DNA of 64,000 nt. Origin: a bacterium. GTDB lineage: Bacteria; UBA8248. Positions 38,756 through 48,580 of the stretch are shown piece by piece (position 1 is the first letter of the stretch; each line of letters begins with the position of its first letter). The position numbers and the translations under genes are program-made. The DNA is taken from NCBI GenBank assembly GCA_965207065.1, contig OZ242260.1, positions 4,064,001-4,128,000 on the forward strand. Direction: 5' to 3'. The notes under the pieces are model-generated. The model searched no databases. It was not told the DNA's origin and worked only from the letters and a program-made list of their open reading frames with translations.

Positions 38756-38832
38756 GTTGTTGAGGGCATACATACAGATTAAACTGCTCCGGATGCGACT
38801 GCGTCCTTCACCGCCCCAAGGTGGGCCGCTCA

Positions 38833-39516
38833 ATGTCCGACACAACAAGCCATACCCCGAAAGATGAACAGCATGAAACCTGCCCCCTCTGCGGAGCGAA
38901 CGAGGCCGGGCATTATCTTCACGCCGATGCGCGCGATTATTCGCACTGCCCGGTCTGCCGCCTCATTTTCGTGCCGCCCGGGTTCTGGCCCGCGCCCGAA
39001 GCGGAGAAAGCGAGATACTTACAGCACCAGAATTACGGCTCCGATGAAGGCTACATCGCCTTTCTCAGGCAGTTGAGCGAGCCCCTGGTGAGGTTGCTGC
39101 CCCAAGGCGCTCGGGGGCTTGATTTCGGCGCGGGACCGGCGTCGGACGGACACCCCGTTCTGTGCGAGTTGTTCCAGGCGCAAGGAATCAAATGCCTGCC
39201 CTACGACCCCTACTTCTTCCCGGAAACCCCCGACGGCCCTTTTGATTTCATCGCCGCGAGCGAGACGTTCGAGCATTTAAGACACCCGAGAGAAGAAATC
39301 AGGCGGATTTATGAAAACCTGAAACCGGGCGGTCTCCTGGGCGTCATGACGGCGTTCTGGGAGGAGGCGATGTTCGCCAACAACTGGCACTACAGGCGCG
39401 ACTTCACCCATCTTTGCTTCTACCGGATAGAGAGTTTCGCGTGGATCCAGGAGAATTTCGGCTTCGCATGCCGCTGGACGGATGAGCGCCGCGTCATCAT
39501 CCTGGAGAAGATTTAA
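38833..39516 (+). CDS. Class I SAM-dependent methyltransferase with N-terminal zinc-binding CxxC pair
   Basis: CPLC, CPVC, LDFGAGP, YDPYF, ETFEHL, WHYRRD.TH..FY. Confidence 0.85.
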   Translation: MSDTTSHTPKDEQHETCPLCGANEAGHYLHADARDYSHCPVCRLIFVPPGFWPAPEAEKARYLQHQNYGSDEGYIAFLRQLSEPLVRLLPQGARGLDFGAGPASDGHPVLCELFQAQGIKCLPYDPYFFPETPDGPFDFIAASETFEHLRHPREEIRRIYENLKPGGLLGVMTAFWEEAMFANNWHYRRDFTHLCFYRIESFAWIQENFGFACRWTDERRVIILEKI

Positions 39517-39563
39517 TAGGGCTCGGCTCGCATTGTTCTCTTTTAATGTGAGGAGATCCGAAT

Positions 39564-39949
39564 GGGGTTGTTGAAAAGTCCTGATAAATCAGGAATGGAT
39601 TTCTCAACCGGCATTCGCCTACCAAATGAATTTCCAAATTGAGGGTCGTCGGCGACTGATTAAGGAGGAAGAATCACTCCCCCCTTGAGGGGTCGGGCAT
39701 CCCGAAGGGAATGCCCGATGAAAAACTCCCCTTTTAGGGGGTAGAGGAGACACCCCTCTCGACAGGAAAGTCAACCCCCCCTACCCCCCCTTGTCAGGGG
39801 GGTATAAAAAGGCGATGCGCCCCGCCGGGCAGAGGGGGTTTTGCTTTTTCTTGCCCCCCTGACAAGGGGGGGTAGGGGGGGTTGACTTTATGGGGTTTCC
39901 CTTTCAAGGGGGTTGCCTTTACCCACTCAAGGGCTTTTTCAACAGCCCC
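39564..39949. mobile_element. MITE-like composite repeat
   Basis: GGGGTTGTTGAAAA ... TTTTTCAACAGCCCC ends; internal block near-identical to ~38545-38705; CACTCCCCCCTTGAGGG at ~39675. Confidence 0.8.
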
Positions 39950-40060
39950 ACTCACGCCCCCTGTTTTCAAGATTGCTTGTTCGCGCCCATACGCTGTGGC
40001 ATTCTTGCGCGTGGGTAAAAAACCTCTTGATTCATGTGGGGAAACGCTCTCTTGCGCACG

Positions 40061-41785
40061 ATGAAAACGGACATCCTCATCCTGGGTTCGGGCGGGGCGG
40101 GCCTGCTCGCCGCGCTCGCCGCGCACACCCGAAACGCAGCCCTCGACGTCACCGTGGCGGTCAAGGGGCTTTTTGGGAAAAGCGGCTGCACGCGCATGGT
40201 GCAGGGCGGCTACAACGTCGCTTTGGCCGAGACCGACTCGGTGGAAAACCACTTTCTCGACACCCTGAAGGGCGGGGCGTGGATTAACGATCAGGAACTC
40301 GCCTGGACGCTCGTGAGCCGCGCGCCCGGCTGCGTGGAGCGGCTCGAAACCGTGTGCGGGTGCTTTTTCGACCGAAACGATGACGGCACGATCCACCAGA
40401 AAGCCTTCGCGGGCCAGAGCTTCGACAGAACGGTCCACAAGGGCGACCTGACGGGCATCGAACTCACCAACCGCGTCTCCGAACAACTCGTAAGGCGCGG
40501 GGTGGACGTTCTGGAGGAAACCAGGGCAGTGGCCCTCCTGCCTGCCAGACGCGAACCCGAGCGCGTCGCGGGCGCGCTGTTGCTTGACATCCAGAGCGGG
40601 GAGTTCATCGCCGTGAACGCGAAGTGCACGCTCCTCGCCACGGGCGGCGGCCCCACGCTCTACAAGATCTCCGCCTGCGCGCAGGAACTCGCCACCGACG
40701 GCATGGCAATCGCCTGGGAGGCGGGGGCATCTTTTTGCGACATGGAGATGGTGCAGTTCCACCCGACGGGCATCCTGACGGGAGACGGCTTACAAATTAC
40801 CGGTACGCTCCTGGAGGAAGGCCTGCGCGGCGCGGGCGGACACTTGAAAAACGCGGCGGGCGAGCGCTACATGGAGCGCTACGACGCCGAGCGCATGGAG
40901 CGCGCCACGCGCGACGTGGTCTCCCGCGCGGGCTACACCGAGATCATCGAGGGCCGGGGTACGGAGCGCGGCGGCGTGTTCATCGACGTGAGCCATCTGG
41001 GCAAATCCTTCGTGCGCAAGAACTTCAAGGGGATGGTCGAGCGCTGCGCCGACCTGGGCTACGACCTCGTAGGCGGCCCCGTGGAAGTCACGCCCACCGC
41101 GCACTACATGATGGGCGGCGTGAAGATAGACACCGCCTGCCGCACGAATTTAGCGGGGCTTTACGCCGCCGGCGAGGACGCGGGCGGCACGCACGGCGCG
41201 AACCGCCTAGGCGGAAACGGGGTGGCGAACGCCACGGTGTTCGGGGAAATCGCGGGCGAGGCGATGGCCGAAGAAGCGGCGGACTCTCCCCTCCTCCCCT
41301 ATGACGCGGAAGCGCTCGCAAGTGCCGAGGAGAAAACGCTGGACACGCTGGGCGAGGGCGAATCCCCCTACCCGGTCCGGACGGAATTGAAAGATACGAT
41401 GTGGAGCAAGGTGGGTCTCAGAAGAAACGGCGCGGACATCCAGAACGGGGTCCGTATCCTTCACGATTTGAAGAGACGCGCGGCAGACGCCCGCGCCGAT
41501 GGCGCGCGCGCCTACAACCTCGCCTGGCAGCACACGCTCGACGTGAGGAACCAGATCTGCGTCGCGGAACTCATCGCGTATTCGGCGCTCGAGCGCGACG
41601 AGAGCCGGGGCAGCCACTACCGGGATGACTGCCCCCATACGGGGGATGAGGACCTCTACAACGTCTATATCAAGCGGGAGGGTGACTCGGCGGTCATCGA
41701 GCGCAAACCCGTCGCGTTTCCCCGCCTGTATCCGCAGGCCGAACCGGCCGGGCAACTGGAGCCCGACCCCAATTTCATCGATTGA
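40061..41785 (+). CDS. Succinate dehydrogenase/fumarate reductase-family flavoprotein (non-covalent-FAD type)
   Basis: GSGGAG, KSGCTRMVQGG, QFHPTG, EGLRG, TRDVVSR, HYMMGG, HGANRLGGN, ESRGSHYR; start at 40034, 40052 or 40061 uncertain. Confidence 0.88.
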   Translation: MKTDILILGSGGAGLLAALAAHTRNAALDVTVAVKGLFGKSGCTRMVQGGYNVALAETDSVENHFLDTLKGGAWINDQELAWTLVSRAPGCVERLETVCGCFFDRNDDGTIHQKAFAGQSFDRTVHKGDLTGIELTNRVSEQLVRRGVDVLEETRAVALLPARREPERVAGALLLDIQSGEFIAVNAKCTLLATGGGPTLYKISACAQELATDGMAIAWEAGASFCDMEMVQFHPTGILTGDGLQITGTLLEEGLRGAGGHLKNAAGERYMERYDAERMERATRDVVSRAGYTEIIEGRGTERGGVFIDVSHLGKSFVRKNFKGMVERCADLGYDLVGGPVEVTPTAHYMMGGVKIDTACRTNLAGLYAAGEDAGGTHGANRLGGNGVANATVFGEIAGEAMAEEAADSPLLPYDAEALASAEEKTLDTLGEGESPYPVRTELKDTMWSKVGLRRNGADIQNGVRILHDLKRRAADARADGARAYNLAWQHTLDVRNQICVAELIAYSALERDESRGSHYRDDCPHTGDEDLYNVYIKREGDSAVIERKPVAFPRLYPQAEPAGQLEPDPNFID

Positions 41786-41810
41786 CACAGAAGCGGAGCG
41801 AAGAGAAAAG

Positions 41811-42161
41811 ATGACGAGCGTGAAAGACCCCGTGCCCAACAAGCCACCCGTATGGAAGATCAGCGCATGGCGCTCGATGTATCCGGGCATGTGGTCCTGG
41901 GTGCTGCAGAGGCTCTCCGCCCTTGCGCTCATCGTCCTGTTCCCGATCCACGTGATGAACCCCTACATCGACTCGGTGCGAATCACCATGCTGCTCCTCG
42001 TCGTCTGGCACTCCATGCACGGCATAAAAGTGATCCTGACCGATTTCGGCTTTCCGGATCGCCACCAGCGAAAACTCCTGTGGGTGCTGTGCGTCGTAGG
42101 CGTGGCCGCGTTTTTCTGGCTGGCCTTCATGCACAAGGAATACTGGAGGTTCATGTCGTGA
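41811..42161 (+). CDS. Sdh/Frd small membrane anchor (cytochrome b-type)
   Basis: WVLQRLSA...IH, WHSMHGIK.ILTD; about three hydrophobic segments. Confidence 0.8.
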   Translation: MTSVKDPVPNKPPVWKISAWRSMYPGMWSWVLQRLSALALIVLFPIHVMNPYIDSVRITMLLLVVWHSMHGIKVILTDFGFPDRHQRKLLWVLCVVGVAAFFWLAFMHKEYWRFMS

Positions 42162-43009
42162 ACGAAGACGCCCGATTGAGCGAAGGAACGCAGGAAAAAC
42201 CGGCGCAGGAAGAACCGACTCCACAGAAAGAGGCGCAAGCGCAGGAAGCGCCAAATCGCCCGAGCGTGCGCGTCAGAATCCGCCGCGGCGGCGCGTCGGG
42301 AGATCCGGACGAGCGCTTCGACGAGTTCCAAGTCGAGACCGGCCCGCGCATGACGGTCCTGGACGCGCTCGTCGCCGTCCAGAGCGCGCAGGAGCCCGCG
42401 CTTTCGTTCCGCTATTCCTGCCGGGTGGGCATGTGCGGCACCTGCGCCCTGAAAGTCAACGGACGCCCCGCCTGGGCGTGCCGGACGCGCCTCGAAGGAC
42501 TTGGCGATGAAATCACGCTCGAGCCGCTCTCCAATTTCCCGGTTCTGAGCGATCTGGCGGTCGACATGTCGCCGTTCTTCGAAAAGATGAAACGCGCGCG
42601 CGGCTGGCTCGAACCCACAAGCCTGGCGGAGAAGGCTCCCGCGCTGATCGCGCCGAATTCGCGCGAGCGCAAGCGCATCGAACCGCACATCGAGTGCATC
42701 ACGTGCGGAATCTGCTATGCTTCTTGCTCTATTGTAGGGCATGATAGCGATTACCTGGGGCCTGCGGCGCTGAACCGCGCCTACACGCTCGTGAACGACA
42801 GCAGAGACGCCCTGGGGCTTGAGAGGTTATTGGAGGTTTGCACCGAGGACGGCGCCTGGCGCTGCCACTCGCAATACAACTGCACGGAGAGCTGCCCCAA
42901 GGGCATCAGCCCCACGGGCGCCATCAAGGGACTCAAGCGCCGCGCCGTTGCAGGCGGCGTCAAACGATTCGCCGCTTCCATCTTCCGGGGCCGCGCGCCC
43001 GGCGCTTGA
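42158..43009 (+). CDS. Sdh/Frd iron-sulfur subunit
   Basis: SCRVGMCGTC, LEPL, CITCGICYASC, YLGPAAL, CHSQYNCTESCP; GTG start overlapping the anchor stop. Confidence 0.9.
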   Translation: MNEDARLSEGTQEKPAQEEPTPQKEAQAQEAPNRPSVRVRIRRGGASGDPDERFDEFQVETGPRMTVLDALVAVQSAQEPALSFRYSCRVGMCGTCALKVNGRPAWACRTRLEGLGDEITLEPLSNFPVLSDLAVDMSPFFEKMKRARGWLEPTSLAEKAPALIAPNSRERKRIEPHIECITCGICYASCSIVGHDSDYLGPAALNRAYTLVNDSRDALGLERLLEVCTEDGAWRCHSQYNCTESCPKGISPTGAIKGLKRRAVAGGVKRFAASIFRGRAPGA

Positions 43010-43028
43010 ACGCGGGGAGGACAACGAC

Positions 43029-43979
43029 ATGCCGACTGTGGATACACAAGCCATCAGCAGCGAACTCATTAGAGAAGTGGCTTTCGAGCTCAACCGCCGC
43101 GCCGCCATCGGAATCCCCAAGGACGTGGGCGATACCATCGCCGACATGGCCGAGCGCGAAACCCAGAAACTCTCGAAGTTCGTACTGCTCGAGATCGTCA
43201 ACAACTACAAGGTGGCCGTGGACGAGCAGCGCCCCATGTGCGCCGATACGGGCCTCCCGCGCTTCTATGCGAAAATCGGGAACGACGCCGCTATCGAGGG
43301 CGGCTTCGTGGCGCTCGAACGCTCGGTCCGCCAGGGGACGGCTGACGCCACCGAGCGCGTGCCCCTGCGTCCGAACCGCGTGCACCCCATCACCCGGCAT
43401 GACTACAACAACAACGTGGGGATACACGCCCCCACGGTGGACTACTCATGGGAGCCGGACGTCGACTGGATTGAACTCACGAGCTTCCACAAGGGGGGCC
43501 TCTTCGGCGGGGACTACCGGATGCTCTTCCCCACCGACGGCATCGACGGCATCAAGCGCTTCTTTCTCGACGTGATCAGCGAGTTCTTCAAGCGCGGCCT
43601 CTCATGCCAGCCCGCCATCGTGGGCATCGGCATCGGCGGCACCAAGGACACCTGCGTGCGCCTCGCCAAGGAGGCGGCCTGTTTGCGCGTGGTGGGAGAC
43701 AGGAACCCGGATCCCGAAATCGGGAAACTCGAAGAAGAGCTGAACGAACTCGGCCGGAGGACCAGCCTCGGCCCCATGGGCTTCAAGGGCGAGGGCGCGG
43801 TGATGGACACCCACATCGAGGTGGCCTACACCCACACCGGCGGGATGCCCATATCGATCCACCACCAGTGCTTCGCGCTCAGGCGCGCCACCGCGCGAAT
43901 CCACACCGACGGCCAGGTGGAATACCGCGAAAACCCCGACTGGTTCACCGACTACTACCGCCGCGACAGCATCGCGTAA
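43029..43979 (+). CDS. Class I fumarate hydratase/L-tartrate dehydratase-family alpha subunit (divergent)
   Basis: PMCADTG, PLRPN.VHP, CQP.IVGIGIGG, GPMGFKG, H..G.P, QC...R. Confidence 0.85.
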   Translation: MPTVDTQAISSELIREVAFELNRRAAIGIPKDVGDTIADMAERETQKLSKFVLLEIVNNYKVAVDEQRPMCADTGLPRFYAKIGNDAAIEGGFVALERSVRQGTADATERVPLRPNRVHPITRHDYNNNVGIHAPTVDYSWEPDVDWIELTSFHKGGLFGGDYRMLFPTDGIDGIKRFFLDVISEFFKRGLSCQPAIVGIGIGGTKDTCVRLAKEAACLRVVGDRNPDPEIGKLEEELNELGRRTSLGPMGFKGEGAVMDTHIEVAYTHTGGMPISIHHQCFALRRATARIHTDGQVEYRENPDWFTDYYRRDSIA

Positions 43980-44001
43980 GCGGCCCGGGAGATAATTGAA
44001 C

Positions 44002-44685
44002 ATGAGCGGCACCGCAGACCTGGAAATGAAGGAGCACCACCTCACGACGCCGGCCACGCCGGAAGACCTGGCGAAACTCGAACTCGGCGACGTCGTCTAT
44101 TTCGACGGCGTGGTATTCACGGGCAGAATCGGCCTCTACAAGAAACTTTTTGACGAAAAAGCGCCGCCGCCGGTGGACATCGCCTCGCTCACGAACGTGA
44201 CGTTCCACTGCTCGCCCGCCGTGGGACGAAACGAAGCGGGCGATTGGGAGGTGGCCGCCGTCACGGCCACGGCGAGCTTCCGCTTCGAGAAACACCTGCC
44301 CCTCCTGATGGACGAGCACGAGATACGCTGCGTTATCGGCAAGGGGGGCATGGCGCAGGAATTCTATGAGAAACACTTCAAGCGCCTCGGCGCGGTGTTC
44401 CTGAACACGGTGGGCTACGGCATCGGCGCGCAGTACGGGCGCGGCATCACGGGGGTCAAGGACGTCTACTGGCTCGATGAACTCGGCATCGCCCAGGCGA
44501 TGTGGGTGTTCGAGGTAAAAAATTTCGGGCCCTTCCTCGTGGAATGCGACGCCCGCGGGAACAGCCTCTACCAGATGGCGCTCGCCGAGACGAACGTGGA
44601 GCTGGGCAAGCTCTACGAGGGACTGCCGCTTCCCACGCTCAAGCGCATGGGCGAGGTGCACAACCCCGAAGACGAGGTTTTCTAG
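44002..44685 (+). CDS. Class I fumarate hydratase/L-tartrate dehydratase-family beta subunit
   Basis: L.LGDVV..DG.VFTGR, FHCSP, TASFRF, IGKGGM, FGP.LV..D..GNSLY. Confidence 0.85.
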   Translation: MSGTADLEMKEHHLTTPATPEDLAKLELGDVVYFDGVVFTGRIGLYKKLFDEKAPPPVDIASLTNVTFHCSPAVGRNEAGDWEVAAVTATASFRFEKHLPLLMDEHEIRCVIGKGGMAQEFYEKHFKRLGAVFLNTVGYGIGAQYGRGITGVKDVYWLDELGIAQAMWVFEVKNFGPFLVECDARGNSLYQMALAETNVELGKLYEGLPLPTLKRMGEVHNPEDEVF

Positions 44686-44725
44686 CAAAACCCCCGGAAA
44701 TTCGAACCGAATCACCGACGAAAGG

Positions 44726-45739
44726 ATGAAAATGTCGAAAGGAATCGCCTGGGTCACCACCAGTTGGCTGAGCGGCTTGGAAGACCCGATGCGCCACTTC
44801 AAGCGGCTCGAAACCGAGGCGGGCCTCGAAGTCAGAATCGAGTCGAACGGCGTCGACAGGACCGAAGAGGAGCTGGTCGCCTCGCTTCCCGGCGTGGTCG
44901 TCACCTTCCCGAGCAACGACCCCTACAACGAGCGCACCCTGGCGGCGGGGACGCACCTCAAGCACATCGCCAGAACGGGGGTGGGCTTCAACTCCGTCGA
45001 CCTGGAAGCCGCCACGCGCCACGGGGTGGTCGTCACCAACGCGCCGGGCCAGAACTCGGATTCCGTGGCCGAACACGCGATCGGCCTCATGCTGTGCATC
45101 GCGCGGAACATCGCTCTCTCCGACAAGAAAATGCGGGCGGGCGAGTGGGCGGACCTGCGGGTTCCCATTTCGCCGCTCCGGGACAAGACGCTGGGCATCA
45201 TCGGTCTCGGCAACATCGGCAAGCACGTGGCGAGGCGCGCCGTGGCCTTCGGCATGGAGGTCATCGCGAACGACATCGTGCGCGATGAACGCTTCGCCGC
45301 CGAGGTGGGCGTATTCTATGAGCCTCGCGAGGAGGTGACGCGCCGGGCCGATTTCATCACCTGCCACGTGCCCCTGAACGATGGGACGCGCGGCATGGTG
45401 GACGAGAAATTCCTCTCCTCGATGAAGCCGGGCGCCTACCTCGTCAACACCTCGCGCGGCCCGGTGGTGGACCTCGACGCCGCCGCCACGGCTTTGGAGC
45501 GCGGCATCATCCAGGGCGCGGCGCTGGACGTTTTCCCGAATGAACCGGCGGATCACCGCCACCGCATCTTCTCGCTCGACAACGTCATCCTCACCCCGCA
45601 CATCGCGGGCCTGGGCGAGGACGCGTGTGAGCAGTCGCTCGAGTTCGCCGTCACCGCAGCGATCGACGTCATCGCCGGGAGGCATCCGGCGGGCCTGCTG
45701 AACCCCGAGGTGCTGGAAAAAACGGGCATCAAGGACTAA
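44726..45739 (+). CDS. D-isomer-specific 2-hydroxyacid dehydrogenase (SerA-like catalytic domains)
   Basis: GVGFNSVD, SVAEH, GLGNIG, NTSRG, LDVF..EP, TPHIAG. Confidence 0.9.
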   Translation: MKMSKGIAWVTTSWLSGLEDPMRHFKRLETEAGLEVRIESNGVDRTEEELVASLPGVVVTFPSNDPYNERTLAAGTHLKHIARTGVGFNSVDLEAATRHGVVVTNAPGQNSDSVAEHAIGLMLCIARNIALSDKKMRAGEWADLRVPISPLRDKTLGIIGLGNIGKHVARRAVAFGMEVIANDIVRDERFAAEVGVFYEPREEVTRRADFITCHVPLNDGTRGMVDEKFLSSMKPGAYLVNTSRGPVVDLDAAATALERGIIQGAALDVFPNEPADHRHRIFSLDNVILTPHIAGLGEDACEQSLEFAVTAAIDVIAGRHPAGLLNPEVLEKTGIKD

Positions 45740-45811
45740 AGTAATCGTCGCCTTATCTCCGAATCGCCGCTTCTGGATTATTAAGTTCGCCGCCGACACG
45801 AGGAAGAATCC

Positions 45812-47212
45812 ATGCGGAAAATCAATAAGCAGTATGCGCTGCTGATCTGCGCCTGCCTCCTCCTTCTCTTCGCCGGAGGCGCCATCGTTGCCGACGCCAA
45901 GACGGAGACCGCCCCCCTGCGCGTTCCCTGGAACGTGACCGAGCACAAGATGAAGAACGGCATGCGCGCCCTGCTCCTGCCCGATAACAGCGCGCCCATG
46001 GTGGTCATGAAGGTCTGGTACGCCGTCGGCAGCCGCGACGAGCAACCCGGCCTCACGGGCATCGCGCACTATCTCGAACACATGATGTTCCGCGGCACGA
46101 AGAAATACGGCCCCAAGGTATTCGACAAGATCATCAAGAAAAACGGCGGCTCCCACAACGCGTTCACGGGCTTCGACTACACCGCGTACTACGAGCGCAT
46201 CGCCTCGGACAGGCTGGAGCTCATTATCGAGCTCGAAGCGGACCGCATGGTGAACCTGCAGATTGAGAAGGCGGCCTTCGACGCGGAGAAAGACGTGGTG
46301 CATGAGGAGAGGCGCACCCGTTACGACAGGCCGGTGGGTAAGTTCTGGGAGCAGCTTCGCGCCGTCGCCTACACGAACCACCCCTACAAGAACCCGATCA
46401 TCGGCTGGCCCGAGGATATAGACGCCATCACCATCAAGGACATGGAGGCCTTCTACAAGCGCTACTACAGCCCCGAGAACGCCGTCGCCGTCCTGGTGGG
46501 CGACTTCAAGGTCAAAGAGGCCATCGCGCTGCTCGAAAAACACTTCGGGAAAATCCCCAAATCCCCGACCTTCCGGAAAAGGCCCGCACTCGCCGAGTTC
46601 CCCCAGAAATCGGAACGCAGGGTGTACGTGCGCGCCGATGCGCAGCTTCCCTATATGGCTATCGGCTATCACGCCCCCAACTGGAAGAGCGAAGACGCGC
46701 CCGCCCTCGTGATGCTGGAAGCCATCCTGGGCGGTGGAGAAACCTCGCGCTTGCACCAGAGGCTGGTGCGCAAGGACACGCTCGCGCTGGGCGCGGGATC
46801 GAATTACACCTACACCTCGGTGGACCCGATGATCTTCTACCTCTACGCGCGGGTGGCGCCCGGCAAGAAGGCCGCCGATGCGGAGAAGGCGCTTCTCGAG
46901 GAGGTGGAAAAACTCATCGAAAAAGGCGTGGGCGAAGAGGAGTTCCGCCGCGCGCTCAGGAGTATCGAGGCGAAAATGGTTTTCGCCATGGACTCGCATT
47001 ACTACCGCGCGAGGCTCCTCGGCACAGCGGCGATATCGGGCGACTGGCGCCTCCTCGAAGGCTACCTGCCCGCCCTCAGGAAGGTGACGCCCGCCGACGT
47101 GGCGCGCGTCGCCAGGAAATACCTGAACCACACAAACAAGACCACCGCCGAACTCATACCGACAAAGAAAAAACGCAGCGCGAAAGCCGCCAATAGCCGG
47201 GGAGGACGCTAG
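45812..47212 (+). CDS. M16 family zinc peptidase (active subunit)
   Basis: Signal peptide; GSRDE..G.TG.AHYLEHMMF (HxxEH), NAFT..DYT.Y. Confidence 0.92.
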   Translation: MRKINKQYALLICACLLLLFAGGAIVADAKTETAPLRVPWNVTEHKMKNGMRALLLPDNSAPMVVMKVWYAVGSRDEQPGLTGIAHYLEHMMFRGTKKYGPKVFDKIIKKNGGSHNAFTGFDYTAYYERIASDRLELIIELEADRMVNLQIEKAAFDAEKDVVHEERRTRYDRPVGKFWEQLRAVAYTNHPYKNPIIGWPEDIDAITIKDMEAFYKRYYSPENAVAVLVGDFKVKEAIALLEKHFGKIPKSPTFRKRPALAEFPQKSERRVYVRADAQLPYMAIGYHAPNWKSEDAPALVMLEAILGGGETSRLHQRLVRKDTLALGAGSNYTYTSVDPMIFYLYARVAPGKKAADAEKALLEEVEKLIEKGVGEEEFRRALRSIEAKMVFAMDSHYYRARLLGTAAISGDWRLLEGYLPALRKVTPADVARVARKYLNHTNKTTAELIPTKKKRSAKAANSRGGR

Positions 47213-47213
47213 C

Positions 47214-48545
47214 ATGAGGCTCCGACGCATTCTCTGGACACTGGCCGCCGCAATCTTCGTGCTGCCCGCTCTCGCAGGTGCGGACGTCATCACTTATGAG
47301 CGCGAGGAATTGCCCGGCGGCGGCGTATTGCTCGTCAAGCAAAGCAGGCAACTGCCCATGGTGCGCATCGCCGTCTCGATTCCGGCGGGCGCGCGCCATG
47401 AGGCGCCCGAGCGCGCGGGACTCGCGAACCTGACCTCCGCCATGATCACGCGGGGGACGAAAACGAGAAGCGCTTCCGACATCGAGAAGACGAACGACTC
47501 CCTGGGCGGCGGAGTGGGCATGGAGGTCGGCCGCGCGCGCGCAGAAGCCTCCATGCGCGTGCTCACGCGCGATCTGGAAGAGGGCCTCTCCCTGCTTGGC
47601 GACGTGCTCAGAAACCCCGTCTTCCCGGCGGAGGAGATCGGCAAGACGAAAAAGCGCATCGTGGGCGGCATGCGCAGGCAGCGAGAGCGTCCCGGCCACC
47701 TGGCGAACAAGGCGCTCCGGAAGAGTCTTTTCGGCGAAACGCCCTACGGCCGCCTGGTCGAGGGAACGGAAAAATCCATCAAAAATCTGGGGCGGGAGGA
47801 CCTCGTCCGCTTCCACAGGAAATGGTACGGCATGAAGGGGTCGATTTTCGTCTTCGTGGGCGATGTTTCGCTCAAGCGCGCGCGAGAACTCGTTCTGGCC
47901 CGCTTCAAAGGCTGGCAAGCAGAGGGAGGGAAAATTCCCGAGCCGGCGCCGCCCGGGACCCCCAAGAAGATGCAGGTGGTCAAGATCGACCGCCCACTCT
48001 CCCAGTCCACGGTAATTCTGGGCAACCGCTCGCTCAAGCGCACGCATCCTGATTTCTACGCCGCGCGCGTGATGAACTACATCCTGGGCGGGGGCGGGTT
48101 TTCCAGCAGGATCATGGCCAACCTGAGAGAAGAAAAGGGCCTCGTCTACAGCGTCTACAGCTATTTCGCCGCAGGGCGTCACGCGGGCCACTGGCGGCTC
48201 ATCCTCCAGACGAAAAACAAGACCGCGAACGAGGCCATCAAGGAATCGATCGCGGAGGTGAAGCGCATCAAGGAAAAAGGGGTGAGCGACAAGGAGCTTC
48301 AAGACGCCAAGGATTTCATTACCGGGAACTTCGCCACGCGCTTCGGCTCATCGAGCCGCATCGCAAACTACATTCTCGCGGTGGAGATTCTGGGCTTCTC
48401 CCCCGGATATGCGGATGAATACCTGAAAAAAATCCGCGCCGTCACAAAGGCGCAAATCCTCGCGGCGGCGAGAAAACACATCAAGCTCGACGCGTCCACC
48501 CTCGCGGTGGTAGGGAACCTGGGCGAGGCGAAACTGGCTTATTGA
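47214..48545 (+). CDS. M16 family peptidase, non-catalytic partner subunit
   Basis: GLANLT..M..RGT with no HxxEH; LGGGGFSSR...LREEKGL.YSV. Confidence 0.9.
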   Translation: MRLRRILWTLAAAIFVLPALAGADVITYEREELPGGGVLLVKQSRQLPMVRIAVSIPAGARHEAPERAGLANLTSAMITRGTKTRSASDIEKTNDSLGGGVGMEVGRARAEASMRVLTRDLEEGLSLLGDVLRNPVFPAEEIGKTKKRIVGGMRRQRERPGHLANKALRKSLFGETPYGRLVEGTEKSIKNLGREDLVRFHRKWYGMKGSIFVFVGDVSLKRARELVLARFKGWQAEGGKIPEPAPPGTPKKMQVVKIDRPLSQSTVILGNRSLKRTHPDFYAARVMNYILGGGGFSSRIMANLREEKGLVYSVYSYFAAGRHAGHWRLILQTKNKTANEAIKESIAEVKRIKEKGVSDKELQDAKDFITGNFATRFGSSSRIANYILAVEILGFSPGYADEYLKKIRAVTKAQILAAARKHIKLDASTLAVVGNLGEAKLAY

Positions 48546-48580
48546 GGCTTGCCCGATAAATTTGGGGGAATCAACAGAAT

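Noticed and set aside
40034-41785. Calling the flavoprotein nadB or canonical sdhA
   Set aside because: Linked Fe-S and anchor genes argue against NadB, and the missing covalent-FAD His argues against canonical SdhA, so no symbol was given
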